Assembly (NCBI RefSeq): GCF_006345805.1
Contig: NW_021834262.1
Coordinates: 1-50,887 of the forward strand
DNA length: 50,887 nucleotides
From: Octopus sinensis
Taxonomy: Eukaryota
Direction of reading: 5' to 3'
Under the pieces are notes generated by a model, which saw only the letters and a list, made by a program, of their open reading frames with translations, was not told where the DNA came from and did no database searches. Positions 39,276-50,887 of the stretch are shown here, piece by piece. Every line of letters begins with the position of its first letter. Positions within the stretch are counted from its first letter, which is position 1. The position numbers were made by a program, and so were the translations under genes.

Positions 39276-39969
39276 ATACTTATACTTTAGGGACATAGTG
39301 GGAGACCCTACACGATAGCGCGATTTGGCATAAATATCAACCAAATACTTATACTTTAGGGACATAGTGGGAGACCCTACACGATAGCGCGATTTGGCAT
39401 AAATATCAACCAAATACTTATACTTTAGGGACATAGTGGGAGACCCTACACGATAGCGCGATTTGGCATAAATATCAACCAAATACTTATACTTTAGGGA
39501 CATAGTGGGAGACCCTACACGATAGCGCGATTTGGCATAAATATCAACCAAATACTTATACTTTAGGGACATAGTGGGAGACCCTACACGATAGCGCGAT
39601 TTGGCATAAATATCAACCAAATACTTATACTTTAGGGACATAGTGGGAGACCCTACACGATAGCGCGATTTGGCATAAATATCAACCAAATACTTATACT
39701 TTAGGGACATAGTGGGAGACCCTGCACGATAGCGCGATTTGGCATAAATATCAACCAAATACTTATACTTTAGGGACATAGTGGGAGACCCTACACGATA
39801 GCGCGATTTGGCATAAATATCAACCAAATACTTATACTTTAGGGACATAGTGGGAGACCCTACACGATAGCGCGATTTGGCATAAATATCAACCAAATAC
39901 TTATACTTTAGGGACATAGTGGGAGACCCTACACGATAGCGCGATTTGGCATAAATATCAACCAAATAC
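39276..39969. repeat. 69-bp minisatellite, 10 copies plus 4 bp
   Basis: Unit ATACTTATACTTTAGGGACATAGTGGGAGACCCTACACGATAGCGCGATTTGGCATAAATATCAACCAA; single substitution seen at 39724. Confidence 0.97.
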
Positions 39970-40115
39970 CGCGCAAATCACTTCCAGCTGTGTATTATTT
40001 TTCCGTGTGTGCAATGTCTGGTCATCACTGGGTACTTCTTGTATGTATGTATGTATAATGAAGAGATTTTAATCATTCAGTCATTCTACGTTTACTTTAT
40101 CAATTTATCAATTTA

Positions 40116-40502
40116 CTAGCAGTATCGCCCGGCGTTGCTCAGGTTTGTAAGGGAAATAACTATAAAGCATTTTTAGAGAGTTATAGTCAAAAAATAGCAA
40201 AAAAAATGGAAAAAACTGATGGTAAATTTTTTTTGAGAGTTAAAAAAAGGTGGAGTTGCGTCCCCTAGACAGTTTGCGGTTTGTGTTTCTGATTCTCGAC
40301 CCCCTTGTCGAATTTATCGATTATTTTCAGAACTGGGGGAACTTTTAAAAATTTTCGCTGCGTTAGTTTTGAATAATGACATTGGGCTATGTGTGTGTCA
40401 AGTTTCATCAGAATCGGTTGAAAGCCGTGGTCAGGGTGAGGGTACGAGAAAACAGACACACAGAAACACACACAGACAAACTGCCGTTTATATATAGAGA
40501 GA
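40116..40502 (-). mobile_element. Non-autonomous Helitron
   Basis: Minus strand A|TC start, hairpin, CTAG|T end; near-identical to 45505-45883. Confidence 0.82.
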
Positions 40503-40513
40503 TGTGCATTTGC

Positions 40514-40549
<36 letters not shown>

Positions 40550-40644
40550 GAGAGAGAGAGTGAGAGAGACAGAGTGAGTGACTGTTTTTCGTCATAACAT
40601 ATAGAGAAATGGATATCTATAAATGAAAATTGCATGCCGACCGA

Positions 40645-40822
40645 AACGCTTAGCGGTATTTCGTCTGCCGTTACGTTCTGAGTTCAAATTCCGCCAAGGT
40701 TGACTTTGCCTTTCGCCCTTTCTGGGTCGATAAATTAAGTACCAGTTGTGTACTGGGGTCGATCTGATCGATTGGTGCCCTCCTCACAAAATTCGAGCCT
40801 TGTGCCTAGAGTAGAAAAGGAT
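40645..40822 (+). mobile_element. SINE family B (5'-partial)
   Basis: GCTTAGCGGTATTTCGTCTGCC...GGGTCGATAAATTAAGTACCAG. Confidence 0.75.
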
Positions 40823-41066
40823 ATTCTATTAATAAAATTAGTTTGGTTGGGGCTTATTTTGATACAATATCTTTGTGCACATTTTCATAAATGTTTGTCT
40901 GAGAATTCTATTCATACGTGAAACATCGGACGCAAGTGAAACAGAAGCAAATCGAAATACTGCCCGAAAATGACCTGAAAATCGTGCGACCCGATCTCGT
41001 TTCTCAGGTTATTTTAGAAGTAAAAAAGAGCTCTTGTGCCAGAAACAGTTTATTTGGTAGCCTTTA

Positions 41067-41950
41067 TATTGAGTCATCCCATAAATAATGCGGTTTTTAT
41101 GCTTCATTTATTTTACAAAATTAAGATAAACAAAGTTCTTTTTTAATCTAAAATATACTCTCCTTCATTTTCTACAATGCTCTTCCATCTATCTGGTTGA
41201 CTTACAAGGAATTTTTCCAAAATTCACTTGTCTGTGACAAAAAATACTCCTCCACTACTGTTCTGACTTCATTTGCAGAATTCATATTTTTTATGTCCCA
41301 ATGATTTTTAAGACTGCAGAATAATCAGGTGGAGGAATGTCCGGCGAATATTGTGAGTAGGGAATCCATTCCCATTCAAACTTCCCCGGCCTTTGGAATG
41401 TCACCCTCGCTGTATGTGACCAAGCATTATCCTGATGGAAGAACATTTTTCGTCTTCAAACCAAAGATGGTTGTTTTTCTTCTAGCGCTGACTTGAATGA
41501 CTGGTTGAATGACCAAATCCAAGCTTCCCTGCTAGTTCGTCAAAAGTTATGATGGAATTTTGTTCCACCAGGCTCTGCAGATCTTTCAGAACCAGGTTCG
41601 TCTTCTAGGCCGTAGTTTACGATTCGGAATTTCTGGAACTACAGTTGACACTGGCTTACGCTTATTGTCCGATCCCCATACACTGCAATAATATTCCTCG
41701 CACTTTCCGTTGCGTTGTTGCCTTTATTGAACTCATAAAGCAAAATATGCCGAAGAAGTTCCTTTGTCACTTCCATTATAGCTTTGAAAAAATAACTGCT
41801 AAAATCGAACTGCACTCTTCAAAACTTGCACTAAGATTAAGAACAAGGTAAAATTACTACCTGCTTTTATATTGATGCAGGTAGCTTATCCTGTCTCTCT
41901 CCGACTTTTAGTTCATGCAATTGAAAAGACCGCAATAGATAGATGATAAG
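41067..41950 (-). pseudogene. Mariner transposon, internally deleted
   Basis: ATG at 41776: MEVTKELLRHILLYEFNKGNNATESARN...; FHQDNAWSHTAR...YSPDIPPPDY; TIR-like TATTGAGTCATCCCATAAATAATGCGGTTTTT at 41067, right end less clear. Confidence 0.88.
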
Positions 41951-43148
41951 CAGCTTTCCTTATTTTAGTACAGATGTGACTAAATCGGAGAAACATTACT
42001 TCCATTAATCACACATGGTCATTCTCGTAATGCACCGCTTGGTAATTTTGGTTCAAATGAAAGTGTGAAACTATTTTCACTTTCTAAGGAAATCCGGTTG
42101 TCGTAGAGCAGTGTCTTTCAAGCAACTAAAGCTGGTGGTTGAGATAACGTAGAAAAAATATAAATGAAAATATTGTTTATTTGGTATCCGAAAGATTACT
42201 GAATCTTTTGATACCCCATACGTCATCATCGGCAACTCAGTTTTCGAATGCATAAGAAAAAGATGCACACACACTCACGCATACAAATTCCCTTATATAT
42301 ATCGGGACCCTAACACGGATCCCTAGATCCAGCCTTAGGTATGATCTTGGAACGTAACGGTTGACCAACTATAGCACTTAGACACCTATTCGTTTAGATC
42401 ACAAAAGAACTAAACCCCTCATATAATATATATATATATACATATATATATATATGCATATATACAAATTTTATATGAATAAATATTTTTATATTTATAT
42501 ATACATACGTGTATATATATATAATTTATATATATCTACATAAGTATATAAATATATGTGTGTGTATACATACGTACTTTTGTAAATATATATGTATGAT
42601 TATTTATATATATATGTGTGTATGTATGTATGTATGTATTTATGTATGTATGTATGTATGTATGTATTTATGTATGTATGTATGTATGTATGTATTTATG
42701 TATATGCATGTACTGTGTAAATATGAATGTGAGTGTGTCTGTGTCTGTATGTGTGTGCTATATATGCACATCTACCTCGATACCTAGCTACCTACCCACA
42801 TACCAACATACATAAAAAAAAAATCAATATCAAAATACCATCGTTGATGTTGATGCTGTTGCTAACGTTATGGCCGTTCATGTGCTCTCGTCTCTTTCGT
42901 ATATAGCATCATGTCGCACTAATGTCTGCTTGTCACAACATCGTGGCAGAAGATGAAGTCATAAATTTCTATGAAAAGAACCACATCATCCTAGATTTAT
43001 CGATGAAATCTCACTGTCCATAACCTCTTCTTTTCTCTCTACTTTCTATTCCATACATCACTTTGTTTCTTGTCATGCTTCACTGGTTCGGTAATAATAG
43101 GCAAACATCCACACAGATACACGCACGAACAAACCTACACACACTCTT

Positions 43149-43181
<33 letters not shown>

Positions 43182-43809
43182 TATTTGAAACAGGTCGCAA
43201 TTGCCGTTAGGTGTTTGTTTACATTCTCTTGGAATAAAGATAATTTCTATAATCAAAAATTTATGTATATATATAGAGAGAGATAATGATACAATTAAAC
43301 ACATACCAATCGCTTGTGCCAGATATACAAAATGTGCATATTTATAAACATGTCAATAGAGAAGCTTACACAGAATACAAACACACAGAAAATTTAGGGG
43401 AAAAGGTATGATGTTGCAGATCCAATAGCTATTTCTGGGGCCTCCGAATGACCTCATAAGGTTGTCTGATGTAATTCGCAAAAGTCAAAGATATGCAACC
43501 AGCAGTGGAAGCATATACGGCCTTTGTTTTCAAAGTTAAGAGATAAATAGATATATGTATATGTGTGTTGTGTCAGTGTATGTGTGTGTGTGTGTGCGTG
43601 CGTGTGTGTGTATGTGTGTGTGTGTGTGTGTGTGCTTGTTTGTGGCTGCGTGGTAAGAAGTTTACTTCCCACCCACATGGTTGGTTCGTAGGGCCTCGGG
43701 CAAGTGTCTCATACAATAGCTTCGGGCTGACCAAAGTCTTGTGAGTGGATTTGGTAAATGAAAACTGAGAAAAGCTCGTTATATATACATACATACATAC
43801 ATACATACA

Positions 43810-43843
<34 letters not shown>

Positions 43844-44119
43844 CATACATACTAAGAGTGAGTGGACAAACGAAAGAAAAAGGACACTCAAAGCATTTTG
43901 TGGGAATGACATGCCTTATGTATAGCAGTTTGATTCGGTTTCAGTGCTACCTCAAGTTTCACGGACCCCTAACACCATGTGTCCCTCCTTGACCAAAAGT
44001 AACCCATCTTTGACTTCTTAGACTTCTTCATTCGGCCAACCCAGAGCCTGAAGGAGACGGGCTCCGTTGGGTTGCCTGCGAAACTTGAAACTGGATCAAA
44101 CTGTTATAAATAATATATG

Positions 44120-45315
44120 TGTGTGTGTGTGAATACTCATATACATACACACACACATACACACACACATACATACATACATACATACATACATACATGC
44201 ACACATACATACATACATACATACATACATACATACATACATACATACACACATACATACATACATACATACACACATACACACACACATACATACATAC
44301 ATACATACATACATACATACACACACACATACATACATACATATATACATACATACACACATACATACATACACACATACATACATACATGCATACACAT
44401 ACATACATACATACATACACACATACATACATACACACATACATACATACATACATACAAACATACATACATACATAAATACATACATACATACAAACAT
44501 ACATACATACATACATACATAAATACATACATACATACAGACATACATACATACATACATATATAATACATACATACAACATACATACAAACATACATAC
44601 ATACATACATACATTCATACATACATACATCATACATACATACATACATACATACATACAACATACATACACACATACATACATACATACCATACAAACA
44701 TACCTACATCATAAATACATACATACATACATACCACTACATCAAACATACATACATACAATACATACAATACATACATACATACTACACCATACATACA
44801 TACATACTACAACATACATACATACATACATATATACATACATACATACATTACAACATACTATACAACATACATACATACATACATACATATATACATA
44901 CATACATACATACATATATACATACATACATGCATACATGCATGCATACATACATACATACATACATACAAACATACATACATACATACATACATACATG
45001 CATACATACATGCATACATACATACATACATACATACATACATACATACATACATACATACATACATACATAAATACATACATACATACATACATACATA
45101 AATACATACATACATACATGCATAAATACATACATACACGCATACATACATACACACATACATACATACATGCATACACATACATACATACATACATACA
45201 CACATACATACATACACACATACATACATACATACATACAAACATACATACATAAATACATACATACATACATACATACATACATACATACAAACATACA
45301 TACATACATATACAA
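44120..45315. repeat. (CATA)n microsatellite, ~1.2 kb
   Basis: Direct reading. Confidence 0.97.
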
Positions 45316-45504
45316 TTAAGATTCAGTTGAATTAGGTACTAAAATGAGATACTTTGTTAGGTCAGACTGACATGCACACCCAATAATATTAAGTGGTGCA
45401 TAAGGGCCGGCCACATGATATTCTTGCAGTGTATGCAGATAATAAGACCCACCTGAGTGAAGAAATCCGCTCTTAGCTATTCAGACATGTACTTTATAGT
45501 AAAA

Positions 45505-45883
45505 CTAGCAGTATCGCCCGGCGTTGCTCAGGTTTGTAAGGGAAATAACTATAAAGCATTTTTAGAGAGTTATAGCCAAAAAATAGCAAAAAAATGGAAA
45601 AAACTGATGGTAAATTTTTTTTGAGAGTTAAAAAAGGTGGAGTTGCGTCCCCTAGACGGTCTGTGGTTTTGTTTCTGATTCTCGACACCATGTCGAATTT
45701 TCGATTTTTTTCAGAACTGGGGGAACTTTTCAAATTTTCGCTGCGTTAGTTTGGAATTATGACATTGGCTATGTGTGTGTCAAGTTTCATCAGAATCGGT
45801 TGAAAGCCGTGGTCAGAGTGAGGGTATGAGAAAACAGACACACAGAAAACGCACAGACAAACTGCCGTTTATATAGAGAGAGA
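45505..45883 (-). mobile_element. Non-autonomous Helitron
   Basis: Same termini and internal sequence as 40116-40502. Confidence 0.82.
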
Positions 45884-45932
45884 TACTGTCTATAATATTT
45901 ACGAAGCGCAGATTCCAGGATTGGTAAATAAA

Positions 45933-46367
45933 ATATGAGTAACAAAGAGGTACGGGGTGTCGATCGTTTACGGCCGTTTCCAACGGTTCCTTTGATTGAT
46001 GAATGAAAACATTACACCATTGTAAAGAAAACCGTTTTCGTTAGATGAATTCATGGGCTTCAAAAATAGCTATTTTAAATAAGGACAATTCGACTTATTT
46101 GAAATAGTTACAAATTCACGGAGCAAAAATATTTACATTGATTCTGCTACTATTCAGTTGGCAAGCAAAATCAATGTAAATATTTTTGCTCCGTGAATTT
46201 GTAACTATTTGAAAATAAGTCGAATTGTCCTTTATTTTTGAAGCTCATGAATTCATCTGACGGAAACGGTTTTCTTTACAATGATGTAATGTTTTCACTC
46301 ATCAATTAAAGGAGTCGTTGGAAACGGTGGTAAAGGATTGACGCTTGTACCTCTTTGTTACTCATAT
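45933..46367. mobile_element. Foldback MITE (~435-bp palindrome), probable TA TSD
   Basis: TA|TGAGTAACAAAGAGGTAC ... GTACCTCTTTGTTACTCA|TA; arms pair over about 200 bp to a short central loop near 46145-46168. Confidence 0.88.
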
Positions 46368-48048
46368 AAGAGCTGGTAACGATTAATTTAATTTTGATAA
46401 TTAACTTTTGATAAATTAACGATTAATTAATAGTTAATTTCGATTAAAACACAAAATGTCTGCAGTTGCATTTATTGGCAAGTTTATGATATTTTAATTA
46501 AAATTCAGTTAAAAACAAGGAACAGCATAGGCGTTTTCTCTCTCAAATGTTGTTGGATAACCAGTTACGCAAGCACACAAGCATGTTAACGGTATTTGGT
46601 TCAAGTGATGAGCGCGTCCTGTTAACAAAGTAACCAGCAGAGCAAAATAATCGTTCACACGGTACCGAGGTAGCTGATATGCTCATTTCGGAAATGCCTA
46701 TTTTGGATATCGATGTTCATTAAGTTTCCACCACTGCAGTGGATCAACTGATTTAACAACTTTTTTCTCCATTTTATATCGCTGTACTTCATCAGAAGCG
46801 TTTTCGACATCCTCTTCTAAGTCTGAGTCAGACTCCATCAGCTTCATACGTTTTTCATTCACTTCACATATAGTTTTATTGACACTGTCAGTATCATCTT
46901 GTGCATTTGTCTTCAACCGATCGTCATTAACATCAACTACTATTTGTTGTCCAATAAGTAACCAAGTTTGTTCTTTTGAATCGTCAGATAAACACTTCAA
47001 GTATTTATATCGTGGACCAAGTGCTGTTGCAGTCTGTAATATTTCAATACTTTTCATGCCAGCTACATGTTTGCTGAAGCCATTAACAGATGTTGCCTTG
47101 AATCTGCCTATACAACTTGGATCATCATCATTTACAGTCATGTGTTTTGTCAAAGACAATAACAGTGGTATTACACAGCTATACGACACAAATTTTTCAC
47201 AGCCAAACAGGACCGTAGCCTGACAGAATAAATCTAAAACGTTAATGTATTTTGAAATATTTCCCCAATCAGAACCGAACAGTTTTAGACCTTTATATTG
47301 CTTCTCTTCGCCTGACATATAGATGGTTATTGCTTCTCTGGCCTGCAGTAGACTCTGTAGCATTATAAAAGTACCGTTCCATCTTGTTGGAACATCTTAC
47401 TGCAGCTTACGCAATGGTGAATCACTACAATTCTGCAATTCATTTGTGTGGATAGGGCTATGTTTAAAACGTCATATGATTTTTCGACAAGCAATGCTTC
47501 TGTATCTGTGGCTTTAAATCCACGCAATATTTCTCAACTGCCGGTTATGAGTCAAACACGGAATATGAGCAAAACCAGTTTAACAGCTGAAACCATATTT
47601 CGTGCATTGTCTCCTACTAGAACCTGAATCGTCTTTGCTATATCTCAGTATTTTACAAATTGTTTATATAACTCAGCAACATTGTTAGAATAGTGACGTT
47701 CAACAACATGCACACATTCAAGAATAACACTTATTGAATTCCAGTCATCAGAAATCCAGTGGCTGGTGATTCTGCTGTAACTTTCATTACCTAGGGATGT
47801 CCAAAAATCAGATGTTAGCGCAATCGCCTTTGAATTTTTCACTGCTTCTTTAACAGTTTCTCTGTTGCTGTTATAAATATCAACCAACATTTTATCAGTA
47901 GTGCGCTGGCAAGTTAGATTACATTCGGTATTTTGAAGCGCTGTACGCAATACTTGCTGAAGACCATCATCTACTACTGTCGATATTGGTCAACCACTAT
48001 TAGCTATCCAGTTAGCAAGTGATATTTTAATGTCACGTTGTAGGGTAG

Positions 48049-48504
48049 TGTAGTGACGCTACTGTGTAAGTTTCAGCGCACTTACACAGAATTGGATTAC
48101 TTCCGGTTGGCTACCGGAAGTTTCCTCGTGCGCATGCGCAGGAACTGCAACCTGAAAGCCTGACCGCTGAATCGGTCTTTTCTGGCAGAGCAGCGCTAGC
48201 GGTCGGACGTGGCTTGACTTTCTCTCAGGGAACAACCCTACGCAACAGAGAACTTCACCCCAACGAAGCGGGAACGAACACCGAATCATTTTAACTCGCA
48301 CGAGAGAACATTGTAACCAGTCCTGTGGATTCGGCTGCCGGTTTCCCCACAAGAAATACATGTGTACATGTAACCGCAGAATAAACCACCACTTACTGTT
48401 ATTGAAGACAGCCTGACTTTGTCTCCGTTTCTTCAACCTGAATTGAATGTGACAAGATCAGACCAGACACCCCTCCAGTGTTCCTCAATTCTCATCCTGT
48501 TACA
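48049..48504 (+). mobile_element. Solo LTR (456 bp), 4-bp TSD GTAG
   Basis: TGTA...TACA ends, GTAG at 48045-48048 and 48505-48508, AATAAA at 48380; removing it restores the hAT reading frame. Confidence 0.88.
48091..48140 (+). promoter_or_regulatory. Motif cluster inside the solo LTR: reverse CCAAT, inverted ETS pair, NRF1-like palindrome
   Basis: ATTGG 48091; ACTTCCGGT 48099-48107 and ACCGGAAGT 48113-48121; TGCGCATGCGCA 48129-48140. Function is not shown by sequence. Confidence 0.45.
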
Positions 48505-48639
48505 GTAGTATTCACCGGATGATCAAACCGACGATAAAACTGACTCAAAGTAGTCTGCCTGGAGATAGATGACACCGCTGCTGTAGACTGACTAAATGAA
48601 GACTTTGCAAGCTGAGGTTTCGAATGCTGTATTTGTGTG

Positions 48640-49200
48640 CCTCTCCTTACTAACGGTCAGCCATTTTGTATTTTGTATTCCTATTGTATGTGTCTTTATT
48701 TGCGCATGCGTATACCTCTGTGTGTGTCTATGCTTAGTTAGTGTGTGTGTGGGGGGTGCCTGTAATATTTGTATCTCCTGTTTATACACGTTCGTGTAAT
48801 TTGTTTGTGTTTATTTTGTTAATGCGTTTAAACCTACTAATTATTTTTTTTTCTTATATTTAGTTATTTTTTTTCGTTAATGTATATAGTTATTTACTTC
48901 CATTTGTTTATTTATCTGTGTATTTAATTATGTTTTTAGTTTTGTTTATATTGTTACCAGTTTATGGGAATCTTCTTCTGTCATATGCTGTGGTGTGTTG
49001 GGAGTGTGTGCTAGTGTTCCATTCCAGTTTCCTATTCAGGCTAGGTTTATCTTCTATTATGTGTGTAGCTTCCGTAATTTGTCTAATTGTTGCGTCTGTT
49101 GTATGTGTGGACAAGATTTTAACTTCTATGTTGTTGAGTGAGCCCCCGTGTTCCTGCTCGGCGTGCTGGTACAGAACCGATGAGCTCTTTTCTTCCTTAA
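48640..49200 (-). pseudogene. Penelope-like element 3' end (GIY-YIG C-terminus plus probable 3' UTR)
   Basis: SSSVLYQHAEQEHGGSLNNIEVKILSTH..DATIRQITEATHI..DKPSLNRKLEW (48962-49200); the left boundary against the hAT is uncertain. Confidence 0.75.
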
Positions 49201-49420
49201 TATATATATATTGTATACATACAATACATACATACATACATATATACATATATATATAATTATATATATATAATATATATATATCTATATATATAATATA
49301 TATATACATACATATTGTATATATGTATATATATATATATATATCTATATATATATATATATATTGTATATATGTATATATAATGTATAATATATATTAC
49401 ATATATATATAGAAATATAA

Positions 49421-49839
49421 CTCTTTTACTCTCTTTTACCTCTTGTACTTGTTTCAGTCAGTTGACTGCGGCCATGCTGAGCACCGCCTTTAGTCGAGCA
49501 ACTCGACCCCGGGACTTATTCTTTGTAAGCCCAGTATTTATTCTATCGGTCCCTTTTGCCGAACCGCTAAGTGACGGGGACAATAAACACACCAGCATCG
49601 GTTGTCAAGCAATGCTAGGGGGACAAACACAGACACACAACATACACAACCACACACACACCCACACATACATACATAATACGACGGGCTTCTTTCAGTT
49701 TCCGTCTACCAAATCCACTCACAAGGCTTTGGTCGGCCCGAGGCTATAGTAGAAGACACTTGCCCAAGGTGCCACGCAACGGGACTGAACCCGGAACCAT
49801 GTGGTTGGTAAGCAAGCTACTTACCACACAGCCACTCCT
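49421..49839 (-). mobile_element. SINE family A
   Basis: Tail-to-head match to family A. Confidence 0.85.
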
Positions 49840-49960
49840 ATATATTCATATATTATTTATATTATCATTTGATTGAACACCAGGCATTCATTTCCAAGTA
49901 TGTATATATATATATATACATATATATATATTTATATGTATATATATACATATATATTTA

Positions 49961-50000
<40 letters not shown>

Positions 50001-50887
50001 TACGTAGACAGACAGACAGACAGGCAGACAGATAGATAGACAGATAAATACATACATACATGATGTAAATCATTGTCTTGATCATTGCTCACTATCACCA
50101 TCGGTGCACACCAACAAATGCATCGATTTGTTATATATACACAGTCACAAAGGAAATATAACACAAATACACGTGCAATTATCACTGCCAAAAAGAACAA
50201 AAATAGAAAAAAATATTTCAATGGGAAGTGCATTGTAGGAGATTTTGTGGGGAATTCAATGAAATTCCATTGTTGAAATGTGATGGATAACGGAGATTGG
50301 CAAGTTGCAGACGATAAACATCAGTCTGGTTAAAATGTGGCGGTTTCATTCTATGGGGATGAGGATTAGCCTTCAAGTAATCTAACAAGATTATAGCAAT
50401 CTTTACGGCGTTTTCATTAAAGGACGAAAATGATACGACTGCGCTAGTTATAACTGTTATTGTTAACATCATCATCATCATCGACGTCCTCCTCCTCCTC
50501 ATCATCATCATTGTCGTCATCATCGTTACGACTATTACCATCATCAATTAAACAGCAGCAGCAGCTACTATTGTTGTTGTTACTAATGTTGCTGTTCTAG
50601 CAGCAGCAACAGCCTATTATTTCTATTGTTGATATGGGCTTATTTGTAGCGCAGAGGCAAAAAGAGATGAAGCTATTAAAGATAAAAAGCCATGATTCGC
50701 ACCGCAGCCCTAATCAACAACAATACCAATAACATGATTAAATAGATCTATCGCTGAGTGTGTGATTGCGCACGTCTAAGACGAGTGTGGACATGTGTTT
50801 CTATGGGACACAGTTTTGTAACTGTCTTAAAATGTCATCTCTGTGGTTGCGGGTCTATAACATGGTATGTACGTGTCTGGGCGTATG

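Larger units (their letters stand above)
46370..48640 (-). pseudogene. hAT (Ac/ZBED1-like) transposase pseudogene, interrupted by a solo LTR
   Basis: IALTSDFWTS (D), GDNARNM (D), HIPCLTH, DVPTRWNGT, DPLQWWKLNEHRYPK, SATSVPCERLF (E); stop at 46543; terminus-like AGAGCTGGTAACGATTAA at 46369. Confidence 0.92.

Noticed and set aside
39258-39965. 235-aa ORF as a real gene
   Set aside because: It coincides entirely with the 69-bp tandem array and has no non-repetitive domain; kept as a finding only.
44040-44095. Hammerhead-like CCTGAAGGAGAC...GCGAAACTTG
   Set aside because: The core is altered and I could not find convincing stems I and III; too weak to call.
48605-48670. Possible hammerhead at the PLE/hAT junction (minus strand CTGACCG...GAAACC)
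   Set aside because: The core does not match CUGANGA and the GAAAC part may belong to the hAT coding sequence.
50218-50547. 109-aa minus-strand ORF
   Set aside because: It starts inside a (CAT)n repeat and the rest shows no recognisable motif; an exon cannot be excluded but is unsupported.

Overview
Eukaryotic, repeat-saturated non-coding DNA (intergenic or intronic) with no recognisable host protein-coding exon, rRNA, genuine tRNA or CRISPR array. The SINE repertoire and microsatellite load resemble octopus (coleoid cephalopod) genomes; this assignment is from pattern recall and was not verified by search. Most ORFs in the supplied track are microsatellite translation artefacts. The supportable coding homologies are decayed transposons: RTE-like and L1/Tx1-like LINE 3' ends, Penelope-like (PLE) RT and GIY-YIG fragments, a maT-type (DD37D) and a mariner transposase, and a hAT transposase. 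Also present are at least three tRNA-derived SINE families, three non-autonomous Helitrons, MITEs and a solo LTR. Observations most worth follow-up: (1) a PLE cluster at 28.3-30.2 kb with a candidate hammerhead ribozyme with an unusually long stem II, plus an RT fragment enclosed by a perfect 81-bp inverted repeat; (2) a 10 x 69-bp almost perfect tandem array open as one reading frame; (3) a 456-bp solo LTR with a 4-bp TSD that splits the hAT transposase in frame and carries an ETS-ETS-NRF1-like motif module; (4) a head-less SINE concatemer; (5) a 1.3-kb tandem duplication bounded by (TA)n. I found no convincing multi-gene novel system. Coordinates were counted by eye and may be off by a few bases, more at degenerate element ends.
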